Assembly: GCF_964194155.1 (NCBI RefSeq)
Contig: NC_135892.1
Span: 3,472,001-3,536,000, forward strand
From: Cetorhinus maximus
Taxonomy: Eukaryota
DNA: 64,000 nt
Direction of reading: 5' to 3'
The notes under the pieces are model-generated. The model searched no databases and was not told the DNA's origin. It was given only the letters and a program-made list of their open reading frames with translations. Shown here piece after piece: positions 22,791-33,607 of this stretch (its first letter is position 1; the number at the start of each line of letters is the position of its first letter). The translations under genes and the position numbers were made by a program.

Positions 22791-24255
22791 AGTTAACATT
22801 GTTTCACTTTAATGTCATTAATAAATTAGTGACAATACATCCACTTAAAGTGGCAAGTTTCACTTTAATATCTTTTGCCACAGGCTTCCTGTTCTGTGGC
22901 CTGCATGTGCTCATGACCTGTTCCCCAGCGTTACCACTCCTGCCCTCAGTGCTGAAGTCCCTCTTCCTCTGGCTCCTGTTCCCACCCTCCATCCTTCCTT
23001 CCTTTTAAAGTCCCTTGTGTCCATTGCCACCATCGGGGACTTCTTTAGCTGCTGCTTTTCTCCCCACTCTTGCTCCCGCTCCCACTCCTGCTGTCAGTGC
23101 TGAAGCCCCTTGCTTCCAGCCTTGCTCCCAGCCTCACTCTGGCCCTTGCTGCTAGCCCTCACTCCAGCTCCTATCCTTTTCCTCAGTGCTGAAGTCTCCT
23201 TCTTCTCCCCAGCTCCTGTTCCCACCCTCTTCTTATCCTAAAAATCCCTGGTGCCTGTTGCCACCGCTGGAGATTTGTTCAGCTGCTCCTCCTCCCCCAG
23301 CTCTGCTTCCTGCTTTGAGTGAGCACTAAAATCCTGGGGCTTCTTTAGTATTTTAAAATTTATTTTACTGTAAAGGTTATTTCATTTATGAACGTAGGCA
23401 TTTAGCAACATATAGCATTTCAACTTATAATGTTTCTGTTTCTGCTGAGAAAGGCCCTAAAGTACCTAACTGTATGGTATTTCTTTTATATTTACAGATT
23501 TATTTTATTTTGCAAGTTATTTCAGCTAGGAATTTACAGTACTTCACATGTACAGTACAGTATTTAAACCTGTACATTGGTCTTTGCAGGCAAGAAATGT
23601 CCGAAGGAAACTAACTTCAACATTAACATTGATTCCTAAGATTGCCTTAAAGTCATTGCACTTAAAGTCACAATTTTTCAGGAATGCAACGACAACTTTG
23701 TGAAGATTTACTGTGTCTGGCTATTATCTCATTGCTGTTTATGAGACCTTGCTGTGTACAAATTGGCTGCTATGTATCCTATGTTATAACAGTGGTTACA
23801 CATCTAAAGTACTGCACTGGCTGGAATGTGGAACGTACTGAGGTCATTAAAGGCACTAAGTCAACATAGTTCTTTCTTTAACCTCACTTATAATAACAAA
23901 TGCTTTGCATCACATTTTTTCATTGGCTCCCTCTGCAACAATTTCTCCAAGAATTCCACTTCAGCGTTCTACTCACTAAATCTTCATTTTCTTTTTGGTT
24001 TTGGATTTCTTATCATTCTTATTTCTCAGGTTTTCTGTTATATGTACTCACTGGAGATCACTGGCCTTGTCTATCAAAATGAACATCAATATGGTATTTA
24101 ATCCAGACATCTTACATGCTGGGAAGCTTGGCAGAACTCCAAGTACCTTAAAATTTGGCAATTTTTCTACAGCTCTAGAAATATTGTCAAATCCAGTTTT
24201 AGCAACTGAGAAGTCAGAAGGACAGTATTTTTTTCCAAAAATGATTTTGAACATT

Positions 24256-24261
24256 TTTATT
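24256..24261 (-). terminator. Candidate distal THBD polyadenylation signal (AATAAA on -); others near 24310 and 25542
   Basis: TTTATT on + at the end of an AU-rich block ~2 kb downstream of the THBD stop. Confidence 0.4.
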
Positions 24262-24611
24262 TAAAAAAGTATGCAATATAATTCAGTTCAAAAAGAGACG
24301 TCTTTGGTTTTTATTTTACAAATGAATACAGATGTGAAAAAAGGCTTTAAAATGATTATACAGATATTTTAAAAACGTAATAAATATAAATATACAGGTT
24401 GTCATCTTTCGATTCCCTTTATGAATGCACAGGAATAGTCACTGGAAAACATCCAGCTGTACAAATTATTCTTCAATCTAATGCTAAATACGAATTAGTG
24501 TCTGAGTGCTGATCTAATGTGATTTCGGACGGACAAAATAATTTCTTGTCATTTTGGGTGTCAAGCTCAGAAAACTATAATGGACAAATTTGGAAAGTAT
24601 ATTAATTAAAA

Positions 24612-25478
24612 CAGTGGTTCTCAAACTTTTTGGCTGAAAGACTCATTTTCAAATGGGTTAGTAATTAATTAGCAATCACAGACCTCCCCATCTAAATTAC
24701 AGTACTATCTAACACTCATAATACTGAAGTGCTGTATATGAGTGCTTTAATTTTTTTAAGAACCATGTATTTACTTACAAATATGAGTAAGATGGGTATA
24801 CCTGCTTCTTACTGCAGAGCAGAACACAGATAAATCATTAGGGGAACAGAGAAGAGAAGGAGCATATAGAGGACAGGAGCACGGAGAGAAAGCAGGAGCA
24901 CGGAGAGACAGCAGGAGCACAGAGAGACAGCAGGAGCACGGAGAGACAGCAGGAGCACGGAGAGACAGCAGGAGCACGGAGAGACAGCAGGAGCACGGAG
25001 AGACAGCAGGAGCACGGAGAGACAGCAGGAGCACGGAGAGACAGCAGGAGCACAGAGAGACAGCAGGAGCACAGAGAGAGCAGGGGCACAGAGGGGGCAG
25101 GAGCACAGAGAGAGCAGGAGCCGAACAGGAGCACAGAGAGAGAACAGAAGTACTGAGCGGGCAAGAGCACAGAGAGAGCTGGAGCACAGAGAGAGCAGGG
25201 ATATGGAGACCTCAGGAGCATGGAGAAAGAGCAGGTGCACAGAGAATGCATTAGTAGAGCAGTCAGAGAGGAGCAGGACCACTGAGTTGGGCGGGGAGGG
25301 GTAGTGGTGGTCATCAGAACAAGACTCCAGCCACCACACACTCGCATACTTTTGACCATGGTGGCCTGGGCGGTCACTCACCCACATTGCCTACCTGTGG
25401 GCCAGCCCTGCACTGCCGCCCTCTTGAAGGTCTCTGTGGACACTCAACAGCCCACACACCCCAGTTTGAGAACCATTG
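24612..25478. mobile_element. hAT (Charlie-like) MITE carrying a minisatellite
   Basis: 16-bp TIRs CAGTGGTTCTCAAACT / AGTTTGAGAACCATTG (15/16). Flanking 8-mers aattaaaa / aactgaac are only partly matched. Confidence 0.8.
24872..25200. repeat. 19-bp minisatellite (GCAGGAGCACGGAGAGACA)n
   Basis: About ten near-perfect units at ~24890-25080, degenerate on both sides. Confidence 0.95.
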
Positions 25479-26219
25479 AACTGAACAAAAAGTTTCGAGA
25501 TGCAGCCTTTCACTCCAGCTGCCGATAGCATGCACTCACTCTTTATTTTTAACTGTCTTTTTTTAATACTCTTCAAAACTGTTTAAGAAAACATCGCCTG
25601 ACTTGCTTTTACTTCACCATCTTGATCTTTGGGCTTGGCAGTTACGTGGTGAGAACATGCTTCTTTTAACTCCTGTACTTGGGTCTGATATGTACAGTGA
25701 AAGGTAGCCAGTGTTCAGCAATACCCCAGTTGTCATTGTTGTTTCAAAGCCTGCAGCACAACCCACTTCAAATGAACAGATAGATACTTAGTCCACTGGG
25801 TCCTCCTCAATTCTTGGCTCAGTTTATCTGGGCTGCTCTTAACCTGCATGGCCAGGGCACCCATAAGCAGTCAGCTGGGAGGAAACAGTGTATATCCAAA
25901 CGCAGTTCGATCTGCAGTTGACTCCCACAAACTGGGCAAACTCCATGGCGATGGCTGAAGTTCAAGCAGGAACCTTGTTTAAAACGGGTTGGCCTTTGGG
26001 TAAGACCATCCCACAGAGGAATATAATGAGAGCCAGCTGGGGTTCAGAGGTGGGACGCTCATGAAAGTTCAGACAGCCTGCAGCTTCACTTATGTTTGTC
26101 GTAACTTCGAATCATGGTTTGTTTTTCCTCTAACATCTTCATATAACGGCTTGTTTGCCTATGTAAATGTTTTTCCCCCTCCCCCTCCACCCCCCACCCC
26201 CCCCTCCCACCTCAAGTCC

Positions 26220-27923
26220 TCAGGTCGCCACACTGAGTTTCTCTGAGGGTTGACATTTGTGCTCCTCTGCAGGGGTGACCTGCCTGAGATCGACGTCCTG
26301 GTTGGCAAGTTTGTAGGCACTTGATGCCTTCCATTTGCTCCGCTTGGCGAGCAGGTGGTGCCCCAGGCCGGCAAGCACCAGGGTCAAAACGGCGATGGCG
26401 AAAATGCTGCCCAGGACAACCCCGAGAGAGAGGCCAGCCCTGCCTGGGTGACTGGGAGGTGCAGTGACGAGAATTTCCACCGTGCTGCTGCCTGAACCTT
26501 CACTCTCGCAGCTGACGCCATCCTCCTGAAGCTCAAAGCCCTCTTTACAGTCGCACTTGAAGCTCCCGAAAGTGTTGGTGCATTCTTCGTCGCAGTAGCC
26601 GGACGCGCACTCGTTGAAGTCTTGGCATTTGTTAGTACTTTCGTCAAGCATATAACCCTCGGGGCAGTAATAATCATCCCCTACACACTTGGGATCGCAG
26701 AATTCTGTGTTAGTCTGGCAATAGAACACACACGATGTGGGATCAGCTGGGTTAATTTCATATCCCTTTTCGCAGCTGCATTGAAAACTTCCATCGGTGT
26801 TGGCACACTTCTGGTCACACGGCGTTTTGTTGGCACACTCGTTAATGTCCTGGCACTTGTTGTCGCTGGTGAGCTGGTAACCAGGCAGGCACTCGCAGCT
26901 GAAGTTCCCCGGGCCGTTCACGCACCTTTGCTGGCACGGTCCGTGCTGGCACTCGTCCACGTCGACGCAGCCCTTGCCCGTGGCGTCCAGCTGGTAGCCG
27001 TCCCGGCACAAGCAGTAAGGGGATCCGTCCTGCACGATGCACTGGTGCTCGCATCCCGCCGCCTGGCACCGGTCGAAGGCCTGGCAGCTGTGCCCGTCCT
27101 GGCCCAGCTGGTACCCGGGCAGGCAGCTGCACCGCCGACCCTCGCCCTCGCCACCGTCCCCGTCCGCCGTCGCCTCCTGGCACCGGTGCTGGCAGCCCCC
27201 GTTCTCCAGCTGGCAGTGCCAGGGGGCGGGGTGGCCCAGGGGCTGCCAGGACCAGGTGTCGGGGGAGCACTGGAAGAGCAGCCCCCAGGGACCCACCCGC
27301 GCCACCGTGCCCGGGGGCAGCTCGGAGAGCCGGCTGCTGTTGGCGCCGAAGGGGGTGCTGTAGGTGACGGTGACGGTGGCGGTGCCGTTGCCCTGGCGGA
27401 GGGCCCGGCAGCTGCCCGGGTACCGGTACTCGCACAGGACCCCGTCCGCCTTCTGGTTGCACGGCCGGTCCGCCCAGTCCCCGCTCCCGCTGGACACGGT
27501 CACGCAGCGGGGTCCGCACGCCGGGGACGCCGCCTCCCACTGGCTGTAATCGCCGCCCGCCTGGCCGTCCACCCAGCGGTAGCCCCGCAGGAGGCGCTGG
27601 TCATCGGGGCACGACTTGTGCTGGAGCTGCAGGCCGATCCAGTACTCCCGCCCCGGCGGCCGGTGCTCCCCGCCCCGCAGCAGCACCGCGATGGCCTCGG
27701 CGGCGACCGTGGAGCCCACGGTCATGGCGTCTCCGCCGCCGCTCCTGCACAGGCTCCTGGCCATGTTAAACTTCCTGTGCTGCCGCTGCACACTGTAACA
27801 CACGGTGGGCACACACACCGCGGGCACCGGCTCCTCCGGCTCCTCCGGCTCCGGCTGCGGGCTGTTCCCCACCGAGAGTCCCGGGGACAGCACAAAGCTC
27901 AGGCACAGGCACAGGAGCAACAT
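26220..27923 (-). CDS. THBD: Thrombomodulin (group XIV C-type lectin), intronless, 567 aa
   Basis: Signal peptide MLLLCLCLSFVL; CTLD (WIGLQL..C..LRGYRWV); sushi-like YSTPFGA; six EGF modules including the THBD-specific EGF5 (C..CPEGYMLD); EGSG site; TM; tail YK..DVDLRQV. Lies between SSTR4 and CD93. The listed ORF start 28028 is a non-ATG upstream extension. Confidence 0.93.
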   Translation of the reverse strand: MLLLCLCLSFVLSPGLSVGNSPQPEPEEPEEPVPAVCVPTVCYSVQRQHRKFNMARSLCRSGGGDAMTVGSTVAAEAIAVLLRGGEHRPPGREYWIGLQLQHKSCPDDQRLLRGYRWVDGQAGGDYSQWEAASPACGPRCVTVSSGSGDWADRPCNQKADGVLCEYRYPGSCRALRQGNGTATVTVTYSTPFGANSSRLSELPPGTVARVGPWGLLFQCSPDTWSWQPLGHPAPWHCQLENGGCQHRCQEATADGDGGEGEGRRCSCLPGYQLGQDGHSCQAFDRCQAAGCEHQCIVQDGSPYCLCRDGYQLDATGKGCVDVDECQHGPCQQRCVNGPGNFSCECLPGYQLTSDNKCQDINECANKTPCDQKCANTDGSFQCSCEKGYEINPADPTSCVFYCQTNTEFCDPKCVGDDYYCPEGYMLDESTNKCQDFNECASGYCDEECTNTFGSFKCDCKEGFELQEDGVSCESEGSGSSTVEILVTAPPSHPGRAGLSLGVVLGSIFAIAVLTLVLAGLGHHLLAKRSKWKASSAYKLANQDVDLRQVTPAEEHKCQPSEKLSVAT

Positions 27924-28240
27924 CCTCTGTCTCTGTCTGTGTCTCTCTCTCTCTGTCTCTCTCTGTCTCTGTCTCACTAGGTCCAGGGCTCCTGGATGCA
28001 GCAGCTCAAAACTTTCAAGTCCCAACAACCCGCAGCTCGCTCAGATTTAAATGGGTTGGAGACGGAAGGAAGTGGGGACTGTGATGTAAGTGATTTGAGT
28101 GGTTACTGTCCCGGTGCCAAATGTAACCCCACCCCATCCAACACCACCACCTCCACTGGTGACTGAAGTCCCGGCCACTGGAACTTCCTGTCCAACTTTC
28201 ACTCCAACACAAACCCCTGTAAACACGTGCACTTCCTCTC
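27924..28240 (-). promoter_or_regulatory. Putative THBD 5' UTR and proximal promoter
   Basis: TATA-like TTTAAAT ~28046; ETS cores (CGGAAGGAAGT on +; CAGGAAGT and GAGGAAGTG on -); CACCC/KLF box ~28127; GGAAGTTCC; CACGTG next to TGTTTAC. Confidence 0.55.
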
Positions 28241-28590
28241 TCCCCCCTCTCTCTCTCCCCCACCCCCCTCTCTCTCTCATCCCTCCCCCTCTCTCCCCCC
28301 TCTCTCCCTCTCTCGCTCCCCCTGTCTCTCTCCCNNNNNNNNNNNNNNNNNNNNNNNNNNNNNNNNNNNNNNNNNNNNNNNNNNNNNNNNNNNNNNNNNN
28401 NNNNNNNNNNNNNNNNNNNNNNNNNNNNNNNNNNNNNNNNNNNNNNNNNNNNNNNNNNNNNNNTCCCCCCTCTCTCTCTCTCTCTCTCCCCCCCTCTCTC
28501 CCCTCTCTCTCCCCCTCTCTCTCATCCCTCCCCCTCTCTCTCTCTCTCATCTCTCCCTCTCTCTCCCCCCTCTCTCTCTCTCTCTCTCGC
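28230..28590. repeat. Polypyrimidine (CT/CCT) low-complexity tract containing assembly gap 28335-28463
   Basis: Directly visible. Confidence 0.95.
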
Positions 28591-29794
28591 TGCCCATTTC
28601 GGTTTTCGTCCAGCCACCCCGGTCCCGGAGCGAGGGATAACCTCTCTTGCCATTGGGATTTGAGGTCCACTTGGCTCACCAAAAAGGGGGTGGGTTTTGC
28701 AACAGCGCTTTCGTTTGCAGAATGCCCACCGGGCGAGGACCCTCCGGGCTGGCCCGTCTCAACAGCCCCCAGTGGGTTTTGCTTCGGCTTCAGTGCAGGG
28801 GGTGGTGGGGGTGGGGGTGCGGAATATCTGCTCACTTTCCAAAACAGACACTTGAACTCCTGTCCAGTAAACAACACCCCCTCCCCACACACACACAAAC
28901 AAATTCACAAGGCAGTTTTAACCTGTCCCTCAGTGGCGTTTATATATATATATGTGTAGCTATATATGTAGATATCACTCTAGTGCGATGAAATTGTTGG
29001 CGCAATTCTTTGCACTAAGACATCAAGTTGTGATCTACAGTATTAACAATAAACAAGAATGGGGGATGTATTTTAACTTCAAATGGTGAGGTTAAAGTCA
29101 ATGATTGGTGAAGATATCTCCAGTAGCCGGCTGAGAGGCGCACAAACAAAACTCGGGATTTGTTTTTTGCTGTCACAATTATCGGGCAAAAAAATAAATC
29201 ATTGCAAACTTTTTTTTTCCCTCTGGCAGTTTCATTCTGCGGTTGCAGCCCTGAGCCAAACCCCTCACCTAAAAAACACACGTCCTTTCGCATCACCAGC
29301 CCCGCACAACATAGTGAGTTAAAGACACACTGAAACATTCGTTTGCAAAGTAGTTGCAGGTTGGCAGCTCCCATTTATTTGTGCCGGGTCATGTCCCAAC
29401 TTTGATGACCGTGAACACTGACATTATTCGCCCTGGCATGATAGTCCTGTAAATGTTACGATTGCAAAATCTCCTAATTCATGCTTAAATATTGTTGATA
29501 TATATATATATATAGTTTGAGTCTGGCTATCCCCCGAAAAGTTGAAAACTCTGGAGTCCGCAGTTTGGTGGCGCTGTTGCTTCTCTGTCAGCGAAACAAA
29601 AAACCCTCTGGTTGAACTTTCACATACAGCTCCTCCAGTTTGAATGATTTAACCCCATGCTTCTCATTTAATCACGGAAAACTCTATGGAGTCCTGCTCT
29701 CCTTTTCTAAATCTGTTCACTGTTCCAGGATTATCAAAGATGACCCAACTTCTGCAATGCAAATCACCTTCTTCAACCACAACCCACCTCACCC

Positions 29795-30325
29795 ATAAGA
29801 CCTAGGAGCAGAAATTAGGCCATTCGGCCCATCGAGTCTGCTCCGCCATTCAATCATGGCTGATAAGTTTTTCAACCCCATTCTCCCGCCTTCTCCCTGT
29901 AACCTTTGATCCCCTTACCAATCAAGAACCTATCTATCTCGGTCTTAAATACACTCAATGACCTGGCCTCCACAGCCTTCTGTGGCAATGAATTCCATAG
30001 ATTCACCACTCTCTGGCTAAAGAAGTTTCTCCTCATCTCTGTTCTAAAAGGTCTTCCCTTTACTCTGAGGCTGTGCCCTCAGGTCCTAGTCTCTCCTACT
30101 AATGGAAACATCTTCCCCACGTCCACTCTATCCAGGCCTTTCAGTATTCTGTAAGTTTCAATCAGATCCCCCCTCATCCTTCTAAACTCCATCAAATGTA
30201 GACCCAGAGTCCTCAAACGTTCCTCATATGTTAAGCCTTTTATTCCTGGGATCGTTCTCGTGAACCTCCTCTGGACCCTTTCCAGGGCCAGCACATCCTT
30301 CCTGAGATTCGGGGCCCAAAATTGT
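29795..30325 (-). mobile_element. CR1 LINE 3' fragment (same young subfamily as 4287 and 52954)
   Basis: Near-identical to the 3' part of those copies (LALERVQRRFTRTIPG..). Confidence 0.95.
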
Positions 30326-31090
30326 TCATTGCTGCCGCTTCCCCCATACCCTCATCTCCAACAGTAAATTCCAGAAGCTCATGGACATCTTTGTCAGTAA
30401 GACTGAAACTATCCAATCAGCTGCCTTTGCAGTTTCCCCCTCTTCCAGGAACCCATCTGGTCAAATTTCCATTAACTCTCCCTCCTGCTCTCACACCTAA
30501 CTTGCATCCATCTCTAGTTTCTCTCCTATCTCCCCTCATGCCCTCTCTGAGCTCCTCTTGTCAACGACCCACCTCCTGTCTCTTTAATCCTATTCCCGCT
30601 AAACTGCTGATCACCCAGCTTCCCCTCCTGGCTCCCAAGCTAACTGATATTTTGTAAATGGTTCTCACTTTTCAGGTACTGTTCCTCTCTTCATTAACTC
30701 TGCCAGCATCAGCGCTCTCCTCAGAAAAAACCATTGACCCCACCATCTTTCAAACTACTGTCCCATCTCCAACCTTCCTTTCCTTTCCAAAGCCTTTGAA
30801 TATGTTGTCATCAAATCCACCCCATCTTTCCCATGTCTCCATGCTTGAATCCATCCAGTCAGGTGCCTTCAGTTGTCTGAACCCCAAGTTCTGGAATACC
30901 CTCTCTACATCTCTCTACCTCACTGGCCTCCTTTAAAACACTCCTTAAAACTTGGCTCTTTAACCAAGTTTGTGTTTAATCTGACCTAATGTCTCTGTGC
31001 TGCTCAGCGTCATTCTTTGTTTTCTAACGCTCTTATGAAGTGCCTTGGGATGCTTTATTATGTTAAAGTTACTATATAAATTTAAGTTTT
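30326..31090 (+). mobile_element. Internally deleted L2 LINE fragment
   Basis: RPTSCLFNPIPAKLL, ccatctccaaccttcctttcctttccaaag (PISNLPFLSK); L2 tail gaagtgccttgggatg..ctatataaat. Confidence 0.8.
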
Positions 31091-32506
31091 TGTTGTTAAC
31101 CTATTCAGAGTAGATCAAGACTGCTGAATAATAGGATATCTTTATGGCAATAACTCTTTAAATATTAGGCGGAGTCCTACATTGTTAGAAAGGGTGTCAA
31201 CGTTTTACTAAGCATAGAACATAAATCAGCTGATAGGAGCTGCAGGAGCTCCATGTGTCTNNNNNNNNNNNNNNNNNNNNNNNNNNNNNNNNNNNNNNNN
31301 NNNNNNNNNNNNNNNNNNNNNNNNNNNNNNNNNNNNNNNNNNNNNNNNNNNNNNNNNNNNNNNNNNNNNNNNNNNNNNNNNNNNNNNNNNNNNNNNNNNN
31401 NNNNNNNNNNNNNNNNNNNNNNNNNNNNNNNNNNNNNNNNNNNNNNNNNNNNNNNNNNNNNNNNNNNNNNNNNNNNNNNNNNNNNNNNNNNNNNNNNNNN
31501 NNNNNNNNNNNNNNACCAATAACCTGATTAATCACATTGCAATGACTCTGTTGGCAATGCTCATGTAACAAGCCTGTGCCTCACGTTAAACACTTCCCCC
31601 CCCCAAAGAAAAAAAACATACCATCCATTTCAGAATTCAAGAAAAATCATTCATAGAGGAAATCTGAAAGAAAACAGAAAGACACAAAGAGGCGCTATGC
31701 AAAGAGTCCTTCAACTGACATGGAGGTTGATGCTACCTCCCAGATCTGTGATTGGTACCTGACTACCAGGGGTTTTCACATGTTGGAGTATTTGTTCCTT
31801 GTTCTGGAGACTGTGGACAATTCGAGGGAGCACTGGGGAGCCTGCGTTCAGAAAAAGTCCTCAATCACAGGGTTTTATTCACAGCATAAATCAATTGCCG
31901 TTGATTCCTGCAGCATGATGAGTGTCCTTGCATGTTGTGAAGGGTTGGTTAGTGGCCATGATGGCATTCTTTGCTTTCCCATTGGACTGCAGGTAGTGAG
32001 GCATTAGCATCACGTGTCTCAATCCCCCCTTCCTTGGCAAAGATTGCAAATTCTGTGGATGCAGATGTGTGGACCAGTAGCTGTTACTAGAATGACTGGT
32101 AACCCCACTCACACAACACCTCTTGAAATTCTCTCAGAACACTGCACATTGTGGCTGAAATGAGGAGCTGCTTTGATAAGGTTACACTTATGGTCACAAA
32201 CCATGTGTAAGGTTTCACCATGTGGCTCACAAAAGACAGCCCCAACTTTCAGCCATGGCTTAGCCACAATCCTGTGCTGTAATCATGGTTCCTTACTTGA
32301 GAAACTACCTTGGACTGAGCAGGTATCAGCGTTTGCAATGTACTGTTTAAAATCTGTTGACATCAGGAGCCATTAGAGGCTGTGGTGGTCTCTACGGATA
32401 CAACCTCTTATGTCATTGCATGTCAAATGAGCTACTGACATCAATTCTTTACACAATAGAGCTATTTACCATGAGTAATTTTAAATTAAATTTCTCACTC
32501 CATGGG

Positions 32507-32820
32507 TAATGGACCAGAAACTGAACTGGACTAGCCATATAAATACTGTGGCTACAAGGGCAGGTCAGAGTCTAGGAATCCTGACTCCCCAAAGCCTGTC
32601 CACTATCTACAAGACACAAGTCAGGAGTGCACCTTCCACAACACTCAAAAAGCTTGACATTGTCCAGGACAAAGCAGCCTGCTTGATTGGCATCACATCC
32701 ACAAACATTCACTCCCTTCACCACCAACGCACGTTAGAAGCAGTGTGTACCATTTACAAGATGCACTGTAGAAATTCACCAGGGCTCCTTTGACAGCACC
32801 TTCCAAACCCACGACCACTG
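32507..32820 (+). mobile_element. L2/Crack-like LINE fragment (inverted partner of 32945-33607)
   Basis: ORF DQKLNWTSHINTVATRAGQ..IYKMHCRNSP. Confidence 0.85.
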
Positions 32821-32944
32821 TCCTTTGGATGCCAATTTCTTTCAGACAGTTAATTCAGCCTGAAAGTCGAAGTAAAGTACCATGATGCTTTAAAGATGTT
32901 TCCCCAAAGTCACCCGTGAACAATGTATTTGTATGTGTGAACGT

Positions 32945-33607
32945 ATTCTTTTTATTCATTCACGGGATGTGGGCTTCACTGGCTGGGCCAGCATTTATTG
33001 CCCATCCCTAGTTGTCCTTGAAAAGGTGGTGGTGAGCTGCCTTCTTGAACCGCTGCAGTCCATGTGGTGTAGGTACACCCACAGTGCTGTTAGGGAGGGA
33101 GTTCCAGGATTTGACCCAGTGACAGTGAAGGAACGGCAATATATTTCCAAGTCAGGATGGTGAGTGACTTGGAGGGGAACTTACAGGTGTTGGTGTTCCC
33201 ATGTGTCTGCTGCCCCTGTCCTCTGTCCTTCTGGATGGTAGTGGTTGTGGATTTGGAAGGTGCTGTCAAAGGAGTCCTGGTGAACTCCTGCAGTGCATCT
33301 TGTAGATGGTACACACTGCTGCTACTATGCGCCAGTGGTGGAGGGAGTGAATGTTTGTGGATATGGTGCCAATCAAGCAGGCTGCTTCGTCCTGGACAGT
33401 ATCAAGTTTCTTGAGTATTGTTGGAGCTGCACTCATCCAGGCAAGTGGAGAGTATTCCATCACATTCCTGACTTGTGCCTTGTAGATGGTGAACAGGCTT
33501 TGGGGAATCAGGAGGTGAGTTACACATTGCAAGATTCCTAGTCTCTGACCTGCTCTCATAGCCACAGTATTTATATGGCTAGTCCAGTTCAGTTTCTGGT
33601 CCATTAA
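32945..33607 (-). mobile_element. L2/Crack-like LINE 3' portion
   Basis: ORF 33266..33604 DQKLNWTSHINT..YKAQVRNVMEYSPLAW plus the family 3' tail. Confidence 0.9.

Noticed and set aside
24771-25387. Cys/Leu-rich ORFs of 138-192 aa
   Set aside because: Translations of the 19-bp minisatellite.
26622-27980. 452-aa antisense ORF over THBD, and similar ORFs over CD93
   Set aside because: Stop-poor reverse frames of GC-rich genes with low-complexity composition.
27924-28028. 35-aa N-terminal extension of the THBD ORF
   Set aside because: Non-ATG start running through a microsatellite; the signal peptide begins at ATG 27923.
28047-28959. ORFs spanning N runs (also 31197-31571)
   Set aside because: Artefacts of assembly gaps and CT repeats.
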